From the NCBI GenBank assembly GCA_965240325.2, contig OZ251230.1, forward strand, positions 1,488,001 to 1,552,000: a stretch of 64,000 nucleotides of DNA, given 5' to 3'. Below the pieces are notes generated by a model. The model did no database searches, was not told the DNA's origin, and was given only the letters and a program-made list of their open reading frames with translations. Both the position numbers and the translations under genes were made by a program. Source of the DNA: Rebecca billardiae RCC1528. Its lineage: Eukaryota; Protista; Haptophyta. This document shows, piece by piece, positions 46,101-56,370 of this stretch (its first letter is position 1; each line of letters starts with the position of its first letter).

Positions 46101-49100
46101 GCGCGGAGACGGCGGAGGCGGTGCTCCGCGCATCGGACCAGCTCGACGGCGAGGCGCAGCTCGCCGGCGTCGAGCTGCTCTCGGGCGTCGTCACGGACGC
46201 AGTCGAGACCGGCTTGGACGACACCGCCTCTGGCCTCGTGCTCACAGCTCTCTCGTCCGTGCTCGCCGCGGACGCGGACGAGCTGGGCGGCGCGGCGGAG
46301 CGGGCGGAGCGCGACGCGGCGGTGACGGAGGCGGCGCAGGCGCTCTCCTCCGCGCTGCTCGTCGGCGCCGTCGCGGGCGAGTCCGCGCGCGAGTCCGTCT
46401 CCGACCTGGTCAAGGTGTCGGCGGTGCGCGCGATCACGACCGAGGTCGGTAACTCCACGTACAGTGCGGCCGGCGGCGAGGGCGGCGCCGTCTCGCTGCC
46501 GTCGGACGTGCTCGACGGGCTGGCGGAGGACACGCTGCTCGACGGCGTGGACGTGACGATCGTGCTCTTCGGCTCGAACATCCACGCCGCCACCGAGTCC
46601 AACCGCTCCTCCACCTCCGCCACCGAGGCGACGCAGATCATGTCGGTATCGCTCGGCGCGGCGGGCGCGGACGGCGCGCTGGGGACCGCTCTTTCCATCT
46701 CGGGGCTGACCGCGCCCGTCCTGATCCTCACGCCGTACACGCCGGCGGGGCTGGAGGGCGCGTCGGGCGACACGGACGGCGGCTCGTGCGCCGGCGCCGA
46801 CGCGGGCGCCGTCATCTGCTCCGGCCGCGGCACCTGCGGCTCCGACGGCCGGTGCGTGTGCGAGTCTCCCTGGCTGGGCGATAGCTGCACGGTGCGCGCC
46901 GAGTGCCACTTCTGGGATGTCGACGCGTCCGGCTGGTCGACCGAGGGGTGCGAGACGGTGTTCCTCGCGGACTACCTGGAGGAGGGCGCGCTGGCGTGCT
47001 CGTGCACCCACCTCACCGACTTCGCGGGCATCTACGTGCCCACCACCGTCGCGGGCTTCGTCGAGGAGGCACAGAGCGTGCAGGTGAACGAGCTGGACGA
47101 CGACGACATCGCGCAGCTCGCGGACGTGGACGCGGCGACGCTCGCTGAGAACCCGTGGGTGTTCGGGCTGGTGTTCGGGCTGACGGGGCTGAACGTGCTG
47201 TGCCTGCTGATCGCCGCGCTGCTCGACCACCGCGCCGCGAGCGCGCGCGCCCTCGCCGACCTCGAGGGCGGCGCCCCCGCCAAGCGCGACTCGGACGTGT
47301 CCGTGTCGCGCGGCGCGCGCGCGCGCCAGGCGGTCGACTCGCTCGCCGACCGCGTCGAGACCGCGCTCGACGCGCGCGACGCGCGGCGGCGCGAGCGCGA
47401 GATCGCCGCGGCGACGACGATGGCGCGCTTCGCGCGCGGGCGCTTCGCGCGGCGGATGAGCGCGAAGGCCAAGGAGATGGCCGCGTCCGAGGCGGCGCAC
47501 CGCGAGTATGACGAAGTGACCGAGCACTGCTGCACGCGGCTGTTGCGCGGGATGGGCGCGGCCATGAGCAATGAGCACACCATTCTGGCGCTCTTCCTCG
47601 CGGACGGCGAGGAGGTGCACCGCGCCGAGCTGGTGCAGTGCTTCTTCAACATGCTGATGCTCGAGTGCGTGATCGAGGCCGTCCTCTTCTCCGCCGCGCC
47701 GAGCAGCCCGGGCGTGCGGCTGATCCCACTCCTGATCACGGCTGTCTTTGTCGCCTCGGTCGCCGCGCCTGCGCTCGTGATCTTCCGCTGGGTGTACTCG
47801 CTCTCGCACGAGAAGACGCCGCCGGTGCTCGACCGGCTGTTCCGCTCGCTCAAGGTGCTCTCGGACACGGCCGCGCTCCCGTCCACCGAGCGTCGCCGCT
47901 CGTCCGTCGCGTCGCGCCGCTCGTCTGTCGCGTCGGGCACGCGCCGCCGCTCCACCCTCAGCCTGAGCGGCGCGCCGGAGGCGGTCGCGCCGCGGCGCGC
48001 GGGGAGCTCAGAGGGGGCGGGCGGCTCGCGGGAGGAGCGGCCGTCGGACGCCACGGAGCGGAGCACGACGGACCAGAACTATGGTGGAGAGGCGTCGCAG
48101 CACTCGGCGCAGGTGAGCAGCCGCGACCAGTCCTTCTACGGCATCACGCCCACCCGCCCGCCGCGCGACGTCACGCCGCAGTACGACCGAAGCTACACGT
48201 CCTCGCCAATGAAGCTCCGGCCGCCGGCGCCGCGCGAGGAGCCGCCGGCGACCGGCGGGAGCAGGGCGGCGGCGACGCCGCCGCGAGGCGCGCCGCCGCC
48301 CGCGCTGCCGCCCGCGCCGCCCGAGCCCTCGCCGCCCACCTCGGGCCCGCGGGCGGGCGCGCCCGCGCCGCCGTCGCAGCGCTCAGAGCTGCCAGTGTCG
48401 ACGGCGCGCTCGGAGGGCACGCGGCGGCTGTCCGAGGCGCTGGTCTCGGGCGAGCACCAGCGGCTGCGCGCGGTGTTCGACAGCCTGGACGTGGACGGCT
48501 CGGGCGCGATCGACGCGGACGAGCTCGCGCAGGCCCTCGCCGACGCGAGCGGCGGCCTCGGCATCCGCCCGGGCGACGTGCCCACGCTGATCAAGCGGCT
48601 GGACACGAACAAGAACGGCCGCGTCGAGTTTGACGAGCTGCAGGCGTGGTTCTCGCGGCAGAAGGAGGTGCGCGCTCGAGCAGCGCGGGCGGGCGCGGGC
48701 GACGCGGGCGCGGGCGATGCGACGCAGGCGCTCACCCCCGCGCGGGCGACCCTCCTCCCCGCACCGCTGCCGCGCGCGCGCGTGCTCAGCTCGAGCGGAG
48801 GAGAGAGGTGCGGCGCGCCAAGTGCGCAAAGTACGGCCCGTCGAGGCGCACGAAGCGCATCCTCGCGTGGCTCTTCATGTTCGCGTGCTACGCCGTGTTC
48901 GCGTGGCTCACGCTCGTCTACGGGCTCACCTTTGGCAACGACAAGTTCCGCAACATGGTCATCTCGTGGAGCATCGCGCTCGGGCAGACGTTTGCCGTCG
49001 ACGAGCCGCTGCTCATCTTACTCGCGCAGCTCATCCCCTCGCTGATCGAGACGCTGAGCTCGAGCGAGGTCTTCAACAACCTGTTCAATGCCTGCATGGC

Positions 49101-49152
49101 GACCGGTCTGGCGAAGGGCATCGGCGTGTGCCTCGACGCGTGCAAGTGCTAA
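43136..49152 (+). CDS. Polycystin-1/REJ-like receptor: signal peptide, PKD/REJ, EGF, GPS, TM helices, EF-hand pair; intron 48668-48789
   Basis: GPS CHFWD...WSTEGC...CSCTHLTDF; EGF CSGRGTC..CVC..WLGDSC; EF hands DVDGSGAIDADEL and DTNKNGRVEFDEL; last exon carries TM helices. Confidence 0.88.
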
Positions 49153-49379
49153 GACGGGCGTGGGTCAACCTCGTTGTGCGTGCAGGGCGCGGCGACGACA
49201 CATCATCACCGCTTTTCGAGTGGTAGCTCGGTAAGTCGGTAAAATAGTGCTTCTCCTGGTTGTCGATGGGTAATTTCCGTAGGTATGAGGCAATTATGAT
49301 ATTCATAACGGACCTTGATGAATGATTATGCCGTTCCGCACGCGTATATGGTGAACCGAAAAGTAGGTTAGAGTTCTGT

Positions 49380-49487
49380 TGTGGTTGTCGGAGGGTTCAA
49401 TATTGGGTGTCGGAAGCATTCAATGTGGCTGTCGGAGGGCTCAGAATTGGGTGTCGGAGACACCGGAAATGAGCCCTCCGACAGCCA
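49380..49487. repeat. Two ~44-bp direct repeats rich in TGTCGGA plus an inverted partial copy
   Basis: tgtgg(t/c)tgtcggaggg(t/c)tca..attgggtgtcgga twice; gagccctccgacagcca at 49471-49487 is the reverse complement. Confidence 0.8.
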
Positions 49488-49816
49488 TTTTGGTTGTTTT
49501 GTGGGTGTACAAGCGAACGACGGAACGACTGTTCATCAGAGCGCAAAATTGGGCGCTCAATACACGGGCTCTGCCTTGCATTCTATTTGCTTCGCACAGA
49601 ATCTGCAGCGCAGAATCTTGCGGATGCTTCGGCGAAAACTACCACTCAAGACTCTGATCATGGCCTATTGGCCTGAAAACGCCCGTAAAAGGGACGCGAT
49701 CCTGCGTGCCTGCTCCATGCGGGGCGACGAAGCTGAGCGAAGCGAAGCGAGATTTTGCCGCCAGAGACGCGCGTAGGCGGTCAATTTGCGGCCTGCCGGC
49801 GTTCATCCGCGCAGTG

Positions 49817-51988
49817 ATGGCCCGCGTCTCGATGCGCAGGCTGGCCGCGGCGTGCGCGCTGGTGGTGGCGGTGGTGGCGGTGGGCGTGGCCGGCGCGCTG
49901 CCTTCGGGGGATGCCTCGCGCGCGCCCCTCCGCGCGCGCGTGCCGAAGCCCGCCGTGCGCGTCGCCGCGCCGAGCGCAGCCGCTATCGTTTCGGAGCGCT
50001 CGTCGACGGTGCCGCTGTACCGCGCGCCGCCGGAGAGGAGGACGTGGGAGCCTTTCACGTACTCGCCGCCGGCCGAGCGGCGCGAGTGCGTGCGCGAGTT
50101 CGCCCGCGCGCTGCGCGAGCGCCACAACGTCGCGCCCAACGACCCGCTGCCGCCGCTGCCCGCGATGCGCGTCGTGCTGCTCGGCGGGCCGTGCTCGGGC
50201 AAGGGCACGATCGCACCGATGCTCTCGCAGGCGTTCCGCACGCGCGTGCTCGGCGTGGGCGAGCTGCTGCGCGGCGAGGTGCGCGCGGGCACGCCTCGCG
50301 GCGCGCAGGCCGCCGAGGCCATGGCCTCCGGCAAGCTGCTGCCCGACGACCTCGTGCTCGAGCTGCTGCTGCAGAAGGTGCAGTCGTCGCGCGACGTGTA
50401 CACCAACGGCTGGCTGCTCGACGGCTTCCCGCGCACGCAGGCGCAGGCGGCGAAGATGCTCGCGGACCCGAGCGGGCTGCTGCGCCCCGACCTCGTCCTC
50501 CAGCTCGACCGGCCCGCCGAGCTCATCCGCGAGTTCGCCCTCGGCCGGATGACGGACGCGGCCACGGGCTGCACGTACCACCCCGAGTACGCGCCGCCGC
50601 CTGAGGAGGTGCTCGACCGGCTCGTCTGGCGCGTGGACGACACGCCCGCGGTGATCGACGCGCGGATCGAGGAGTACAAGGCGCGGATCGAGCCGATCAT
50701 CGCCACCTTCGCCGACGCCGGCGTCCCCTACCACCTCTTCGACAACGCGCGCTCCGAGCTCGCCACGTTCGACGAGGTCGCGCGCGACGTCGAGCGCTCT
50801 GCGACCGAGAAGCTCTCAGCCCTGGGCGGCCGCGACGCGTTCCGCGAGGCGACGTTCGGCCCGGCGGTGCAGGCGACGGCCAAGTTCGGCGTGGTCGGCG
50901 CGACCAAGTCCGAGTCCGACGTGCAGCCCATCTGCGACCTCAACGAGGCCGAGGAGGAGTGCCTCGTCCGGTGGGAGGAGGCGGAGAAGAACGACCCGGT
51001 CGACCCGCTCGTCAAGGCGGTGCACCGGTGCAACGACTATGACCCCTCGCGCTATGTGCCCGTGCTCGTGGGGAGCGAGCAGGTGGGCTGGGCGTCGAAC
51101 GAGCTGGTCGAGCAGCTCGCGCCGCAGCTCGCGCGCGGGCGCACCTGCGCGCTCGTCGACCTGCCCGACGCCGGCGCCGACTCGCCCATCGGAGGGCCGG
51201 GCGCGGCGCACGTCGCGCTCGAGCTCGCGCCACTCGCGCAGGGGCTGGAGGAGCGCACGGCCGTGATGGAGGCGCTGGTGAGCGAGATCGTGCAGGACGG
51301 CGTGGTGCCGCGCTCGGAGATCCGGAACGAGCTGCAGGACGTGCGCGCGATGTCCGAGGGCTTCGAGGGCGCGACGCGCTCCGACCCGCCGCTCCTGCGC
51401 GTCGAGCGCGCAGCGATCGACTACCTCGGCGTGCCGTCGTACGGCGTGCACGTGAACGGGTACGTGTGCGACGCAGAGACGGGGCGCGCGGCCAAGGTGT
51501 GGATCGGCAAGCGCTCGATGTCCAAGGCGACGTACCCCGGGCTGTTCGACCAGATGGTCGCGGGCGGGCAGCCCTCCAAGATCAGCTTCATGGAGAACGT
51601 GCGCAAGGAGTGCGAGGAGGAGGCCTCGCTCCCGCCCGACGTGGTCGCGCGCGTGCGCCCCGCCGGGCTCGTCTCATACCGCTACTCGACGCGCATCGGC
51701 CTTTCGACAAAGGTGCTCGCGACGTTCGACGTGCCGATGCCCGAGGGGATGGTGCCGATCTGCGCGGACGGCGAGGTGGACGACTTCCGGCTGATGAGCG
51801 TCGAGGAGGCGCTCGACTCGATCCGCACGCAGCTGCCGCTCTGGAAGCCCAACTCGGCGCTCGTGATGATCGACTTTGCCATGCGGCACGGCTTCCTCTG
51901 CCCTGACGACCGCGGCTATGCCGAGCTCGCGCACGGCATGCGCGGCGCGGCGGCGTGCAACATCGCGGGCGTCGGCGCCGGCGGCTGA
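49817..51988 (+). CDS. Adenylate kinase-Nudix hydrolase (NUDX20/YJR142W-like) fusion with signal/transit leader
   Basis: GGPCSGKGT and GWLLDGFPRT; YGVHVNGY, KRSMSKATYPGLFDQMVAGG and KECEEEASL; one continuous frame. Confidence 0.9.
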   Translation: MARVSMRRLAAACALVVAVVAVGVAGALPSGDASRAPLRARVPKPAVRVAAPSAAAIVSERSSTVPLYRAPPERRTWEPFTYSPPAERRECVREFARALRERHNVAPNDPLPPLPAMRVVLLGGPCSGKGTIAPMLSQAFRTRVLGVGELLRGEVRAGTPRGAQAAEAMASGKLLPDDLVLELLLQKVQSSRDVYTNGWLLDGFPRTQAQAAKMLADPSGLLRPDLVLQLDRPAELIREFALGRMTDAATGCTYHPEYAPPPEEVLDRLVWRVDDTPAVIDARIEEYKARIEPIIATFADAGVPYHLFDNARSELATFDEVARDVERSATEKLSALGGRDAFREATFGPAVQATAKFGVVGATKSESDVQPICDLNEAEEECLVRWEEAEKNDPVDPLVKAVHRCNDYDPSRYVPVLVGSEQVGWASNELVEQLAPQLARGRTCALVDLPDAGADSPIGGPGAAHVALELAPLAQGLEERTAVMEALVSEIVQDGVVPRSEIRNELQDVRAMSEGFEGATRSDPPLLRVERAAIDYLGVPSYGVHVNGYVCDAETGRAAKVWIGKRSMSKATYPGLFDQMVAGGQPSKISFMENVRKECEEEASLPPDVVARVRPAGLVSYRYSTRIGLSTKVLATFDVPMPEGMVPICADGEVDDFRLMSVEEALDSIRTQLPLWKPNSALVMIDFAMRHGFLCPDDRGYAELAHGMRGAAACNIAGVGAGG

Positions 51989-52537
51989 GCGCCGAGCACA
52001 CCTGGGGCTGGACCCTCCCTGCAGCGCGCCCGCCGCCCCCCCGCCCGTTGCCAGCTCCAGCGAGCATCCCCAGTCGTCGAGTCGCCGTGCCAATCCGTAC
52101 CGGCGGCGCCCGCCCGCGGCGCAGCGCCGACAGCGCCGACAGCGCTGCGCCGCTGCGACGGCAGGCCCCGCAAATAGTGCCATCCCCTGCGTGCAGCGTG
52201 ACGCAGCGGGCACGAGGCTCGCGCTCGTGCCCTTGCCCAAGATGCCGTGGCTCGCAGAGCTTCGGCGACGTTTGCTGTGACACAAGTTAGACTGCTGTCG
52301 CCCCCTGCGTGACACCTTCAACCTGACGCCATCAGTCTGATCGGATCAGTCGTGAACTGTCATGATCACCGGCACCGGACTCCATCTTAGAAAGGCATAT
52401 CTCGCCTGCCTGAGCTGTGTGCGTCTCTTATTCTTAGTAAACTGTAAAGCGCGCATGGCCCAAATTCCAAAAATCGTCGACGCGAATAAAAAGCGCACGG
52501 AACCCTCGGTCGTGCCCTCCATCGATTCTTGATCAGC

Positions 52538-53551
52538 ATGGGAGCGCTCAGCAGCAGCACGGCGCGCGGAAGTGAGGCGGCCGCGGCCTTGGTCAACGCC
52601 GCTCTGACGGGGGATGTGGGCGAGCTGACGCGCCTCCTCGATGGTGGCGCCTCGTGCGCAGCACAGGACCCCGCGGGCAACCACGCGCTCGGCGCGGCCT
52701 GCTGCGCTGGGCACGCAGCGGTGGTTGCGGAGGTGCTGCGTCGTGCCGAGGCGAAGGGCAGCGTGGCCGACATCCTCGAGCTGCGCAACGACATCGGCAC
52801 GACGCCGCTTTGGCTCGCGGCGGGATACGGCCACGTTGAGATCGCCACGCGCCTAATCGAGTGCGGCGCGGCTGTCGACGCGCCGAATAAGGCAGGCGAC
52901 ACGCCCCTGCTCGCGGCCACGTCCAAGGGGCATGCAAACGTCGTCGGCGCGCTGCTCCGTGCGTCGGCTGACCCAGCCACCGCCAACCGGGCGGGGGACA
53001 CGCCGCTCCTCATTGCGGCGAGCCGGTCGGACGTGCCGCTCGCCACGCTCATCCTCGACGCCGTTGGGCCCACCACCGGCGGTGGGACCGCCGTCGCAGC
53101 GCAGGCGGTGCTGACAGCCACGAATGCCAAGCGCGTGACCCCGCTCGGTGCGGCGGCGAGCGCGGGAAACGCCGAGCTCGTCGGCCTTCTTTGCGAGCGT
53201 GCCGACGCGCCGACGCTCGCGGCGATGAAGGTGGGCAAGGACGCGAACGGCGCGACGCCCCTCGCCGTCGCAGCCTTCTGCAAGGCTGACGCCGTCGTTG
53301 CGCGCCTGCTGCAGCCCGATGCCGGAGGCGCGCTCGAGCTAGCTGACAGCACGGGCAACACGCCGCTCTGGCTCGCCGCGGCCTCGGGAAGCGCTGCTGT
53401 GGTGCGGCTGCTGCTCGATGCAGGCGCGGCGCGTGAGCCCGCCGCTCCCGGTGGCAGGGGCGACGCTGGCGGCGCACGACTCACACCTCTCGAGGTGGCG
53501 CGGACTAATGGCCACCTGGATTGCGTTGGGCTGCTCGATGCATCAGCTTGA
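52538..53551 (+). CDS. Ankyrin repeat protein, possibly N-myristoylated (MGALSS)
   Basis: About 8 GxTPLxxAA repeats. Confidence 0.92.
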   Translation: MGALSSSTARGSEAAAALVNAALTGDVGELTRLLDGGASCAAQDPAGNHALGAACCAGHAAVVAEVLRRAEAKGSVADILELRNDIGTTPLWLAAGYGHVEIATRLIECGAAVDAPNKAGDTPLLAATSKGHANVVGALLRASADPATANRAGDTPLLIAASRSDVPLATLILDAVGPTTGGGTAVAAQAVLTATNAKRVTPLGAAASAGNAELVGLLCERADAPTLAAMKVGKDANGATPLAVAAFCKADAVVARLLQPDAGGALELADSTGNTPLWLAAASGSAAVVRLLLDAGAAREPAAPGGRGDAGGARLTPLEVARTNGHLDCVGLLDASA

Positions 53552-53938
53552 TGACATCTGATGATGTCGTTATGTCGTATTCTACATGGTCACAGTAATA
53601 GTCGCGGCAGCATACTACACTGATATGTTAAATGAGGAGCCTACTACGACTGTCAGATCGCCACACGGCACTTGGACTGACGCCGACTCTGAGATCTAGT
53701 GAGCCAGAGTCACTCTCACTTGATTATGAGAGGCTTCACGACTCAGTCCGTTCCGCCGAACGGGTGTGCCAGCACGACTCAGCCTGGCGCATGTGCGGGT
53801 GCCGATGCGGCGCCGTCGAAAGCATGCGCGGATAATCGAGCAGTGACTTGCACGAGTCGCTGAAAGCTGCCGTCGCGCCGTACAGTAGAGCGCCTACTGC
53901 AGTTATCAGTGTGCTGCTGTGCGTACTGCGAGTACTCA

Positions 53939-56290
53939 TCATCCAGAGCGTCGAGGCGGCGCGGCGAGGAGCGCGCTGTGCTGTGCAATGACACGCGCGT
54001 CGTGCGGCGCGAGCGCGAGCGCGTGCGACGCGTGCCGCCGCGCGTCGGCGTCACGCCCGCTGTGCGACAGCACAGCGGCGAGGTTGATGTGGCCGATGGG
54101 ATCGGCGCTATTGAGCTGCACCGCCGTCTCGCATGCCTCGAGTGCCTCGCCCCAGCGCTCGAGCTGGCCGAGCAGCATGCACAGGTTGGTGTGCAGGGGT
54201 GCGTACCGCGGCTCAGATGGCATCGCGCGCCGCAGCAGGGCGACGCCCTGGGCAGCGGGCGCGGCCCCGCGGCCGGCGAAGAGGGTGAACGCCGCGTTGC
54301 TCGTGACGACGACGTTCTCGCACGCGCGCGGGCAGCGCTCGAGCGCGGACGCCCACAGCGTCTCCGCCGAGATCCAAGCCGTCGTGCGCTTCGCCGTCAC
54401 AAACGCGCACGCGGCGATGGCGCCGAGCAGCGCGATGTCAAGCGCGGCGCGGGCGAGTCGTGTGCCGTGACCATCGCCGGCCGCCATCAGCCGGCCTGCG
54501 CACAGCCCGAGCAGCATGGCGGCGCCGAGTGAGGGGACGAGCAGCACACGCTCGGCCACGACAAAGCCCACCGGGTGCAAAAGGTTCCACGTCGGCAGCA
54601 GCGGCACGACGAGCAGCGCCAGCGCGAAGAGGGCCGCTGAGGACGCAGACGGCAGCAGCGGTGCGCCGACGCGCGCGCCCACCGCGCCCTCGGACGCCCG
54701 AGCAGCCGCCGCGTGCTCGGCGCTCGGTGTCGCTGAGCCTGAGACAACGTCGCGCGCTCGTCGGCGTGCCGCGCGCGACGGAGGACCGCGTGCCGCCGTG
54801 GACGAGCCGACGGCGTCGCCGCCGCGCGCGCGCGCCTCGCCGCCCCCCGCAGCCAACGTCGGCGGCGAGGAGCGCGGCGTGCCCACTTCTGCCTGGGGCC
54901 CTTCAGAGACGCCCTGCGCGTGTGGCGGTGGTCGAGCTGCGCCCTGGCGGGCGAGGGCGAGCATCCCGCTGCGCGCGCGGCCGAGCACGCGCGCCGCGCA
55001 CACGAGCCCGAGCGTGAGCCACGCCGCGTGCGTGCCCAGCGCGAGAAGCAGCCTCCCCTCGTCGTCAGAGACCACCTGCCAGCCGGGCGCGACAGGCCAG
55101 CCCGGGAGATCTGGCCAGCGCTCACCGGCTGCGGTGGTGTGGTCGGCCGAAGCGGGATCGGGCGGCGGGGACGCGGGCGCGCCGTCGGCGAGGTCGAGGC
55201 CGAATGCGCTGCGCAAGAGCGGGATCGATGCCGCGCTGTAGTCCGGGCACGCCGTCCGCGGCCACGCCACCAGCCACAGCGCGTGTGCCGCCGCGACAGC
55301 GTAGTTGGCCGCGCGGCACGCGCGCGCGCGCAGGTGGCTGGCCGGGTTGTGCGCCGGATGGAAGGTGGGCATGTCGCGGTGCAGCCCGCGGCGCGCGTAC
55401 AGGAAGAGGAGCGCCCAGCCGAGCTGGACGCACGCCAGCCCCGCGTGCGCGCGCCACCAGCCCTGAGAGCGCCAGCCGGCGCGCGGGCGCTCGAGCCCGG
55501 CGCCCCCCGCGCTCCCGGAGCGCGGACGGCTCGGGCCACCGCACGCCTCGGCGAGGGCGGTGCAGATACTCAGCAGCTGGAGGCCCAGACCGAGCGCACC
55601 GGCCATCAGCCCCGTCTCCTTGCATAGCGACGCACATACGCCGAGCACGCACAGCACGCACAGCGCGGCGGTGCTGCGCACGCCGCGTCGGAGCGCACGC
55701 AGTCGTGCCGCGCCTTGTGCCGCATGCGCCGTCGCGGCCTCAGCCGAGCCGTCGAGCGCACGCAGCGTGCGCGCGAGCAGCCAGAGGTAGGCGAGCACGC
55801 ACGCGGCGGCGAGCAGCTCGGCCCGATTGACTAGGTTGCACACGGCCTCCACATGCACCGGATGCACTGCGAACAGCGCGGCAGCGAGCGCGGCGCCGCG
55901 GCGCCCGACAGTTTGCTCTGCACACAGCTCGTGCACGAGCGCGCCACTCAGCGCGGTGACAAGCGCGTACGCGGCCACGTTCTCGAGGTAAAAGGCGCGC
56001 GGCGAGGGGCCATGAAGCAGGTGGCTCGCGCGAAAGCTCGCGGTCGCCAGCGGGCGGAACGACTTGTGGCTCGCCGCGGAGTCGAGCGGCGTGCCCCAGA
56101 AGTCGTGCGTGAGCAAGTCGGCGAGCCACGTGCGCGCGGGCTGCGGCGGGCCGGAGACGAGGGCGTTGTCCACGATGGCGTAGGCGTCGTCGTACACGAA
56201 GGCCTGGGGCTCATGTACACCGTACAACAGCACGGCGAGGGCCGTGGCGGGCAACCACGCCCGCATGGGAGGCAGGGCCGCGGCCGCCAT
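53939..56290 (-). CDS. TMTC-family protein O-mannosyltransferase (membrane domain plus TPRs)
   Basis: FVYDD..AIVDN, DFWG...SHKSFRPL, LFAVHPVHVEAV..RAELL, GFVVAERVLLVPSLG; C-terminal TPRs. Confidence 0.93.
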   Translation of the reverse strand: MAAAALPPMRAWLPATALAVLLYGVHEPQAFVYDDAYAIVDNALVSGPPQPARTWLADLLTHDFWGTPLDSAASHKSFRPLATASFRASHLLHGPSPRAFYLENVAAYALVTALSGALVHELCAEQTVGRRGAALAAALFAVHPVHVEAVCNLVNRAELLAAACVLAYLWLLARTLRALDGSAEAATAHAAQGAARLRALRRGVRSTAALCVLCVLGVCASLCKETGLMAGALGLGLQLLSICTALAEACGGPSRPRSGSAGGAGLERPRAGWRSQGWWRAHAGLACVQLGWALLFLYARRGLHRDMPTFHPAHNPASHLRARACRAANYAVAAAHALWLVAWPRTACPDYSAASIPLLRSAFGLDLADGAPASPPPDPASADHTTAAGERWPDLPGWPVAPGWQVVSDDEGRLLLALGTHAAWLTLGLVCAARVLGRARSGMLALARQGAARPPPHAQGVSEGPQAEVGTPRSSPPTLAAGGGEARARGGDAVGSSTAARGPPSRAARRRARDVVSGSATPSAEHAAAARASEGAVGARVGAPLLPSASSAALFALALLVVPLLPTWNLLHPVGFVVAERVLLVPSLGAAMLLGLCAGRLMAAGDGHGTRLARAALDIALLGAIAACAFVTAKRTTAWISAETLWASALERCPRACENVVVTSNAAFTLFAGRGAAPAAQGVALLRRAMPSEPRYAPLHTNLCMLLGQLERWGEALEACETAVQLNSADPIGHINLAAVLSHSGRDADARRHASHALALAPHDARVIAQHSALLAAPPRRSG

Positions 56291-56370
56291 CGCGGCTCCC
56301 CGCTTTTTCGTCGTCGACAAGCCGCACGCACCTGCCGGTTGGCGCGGCGGCTGGCCCCAGCCGGGCGAGC

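Noticed and set aside
45389-47809. 806-aa antisense ORF and many similar Arg/Ala-rich ORFs
   Set aside because: Shadow frames of GC3-rich genes; stop codons are rare at this GC content
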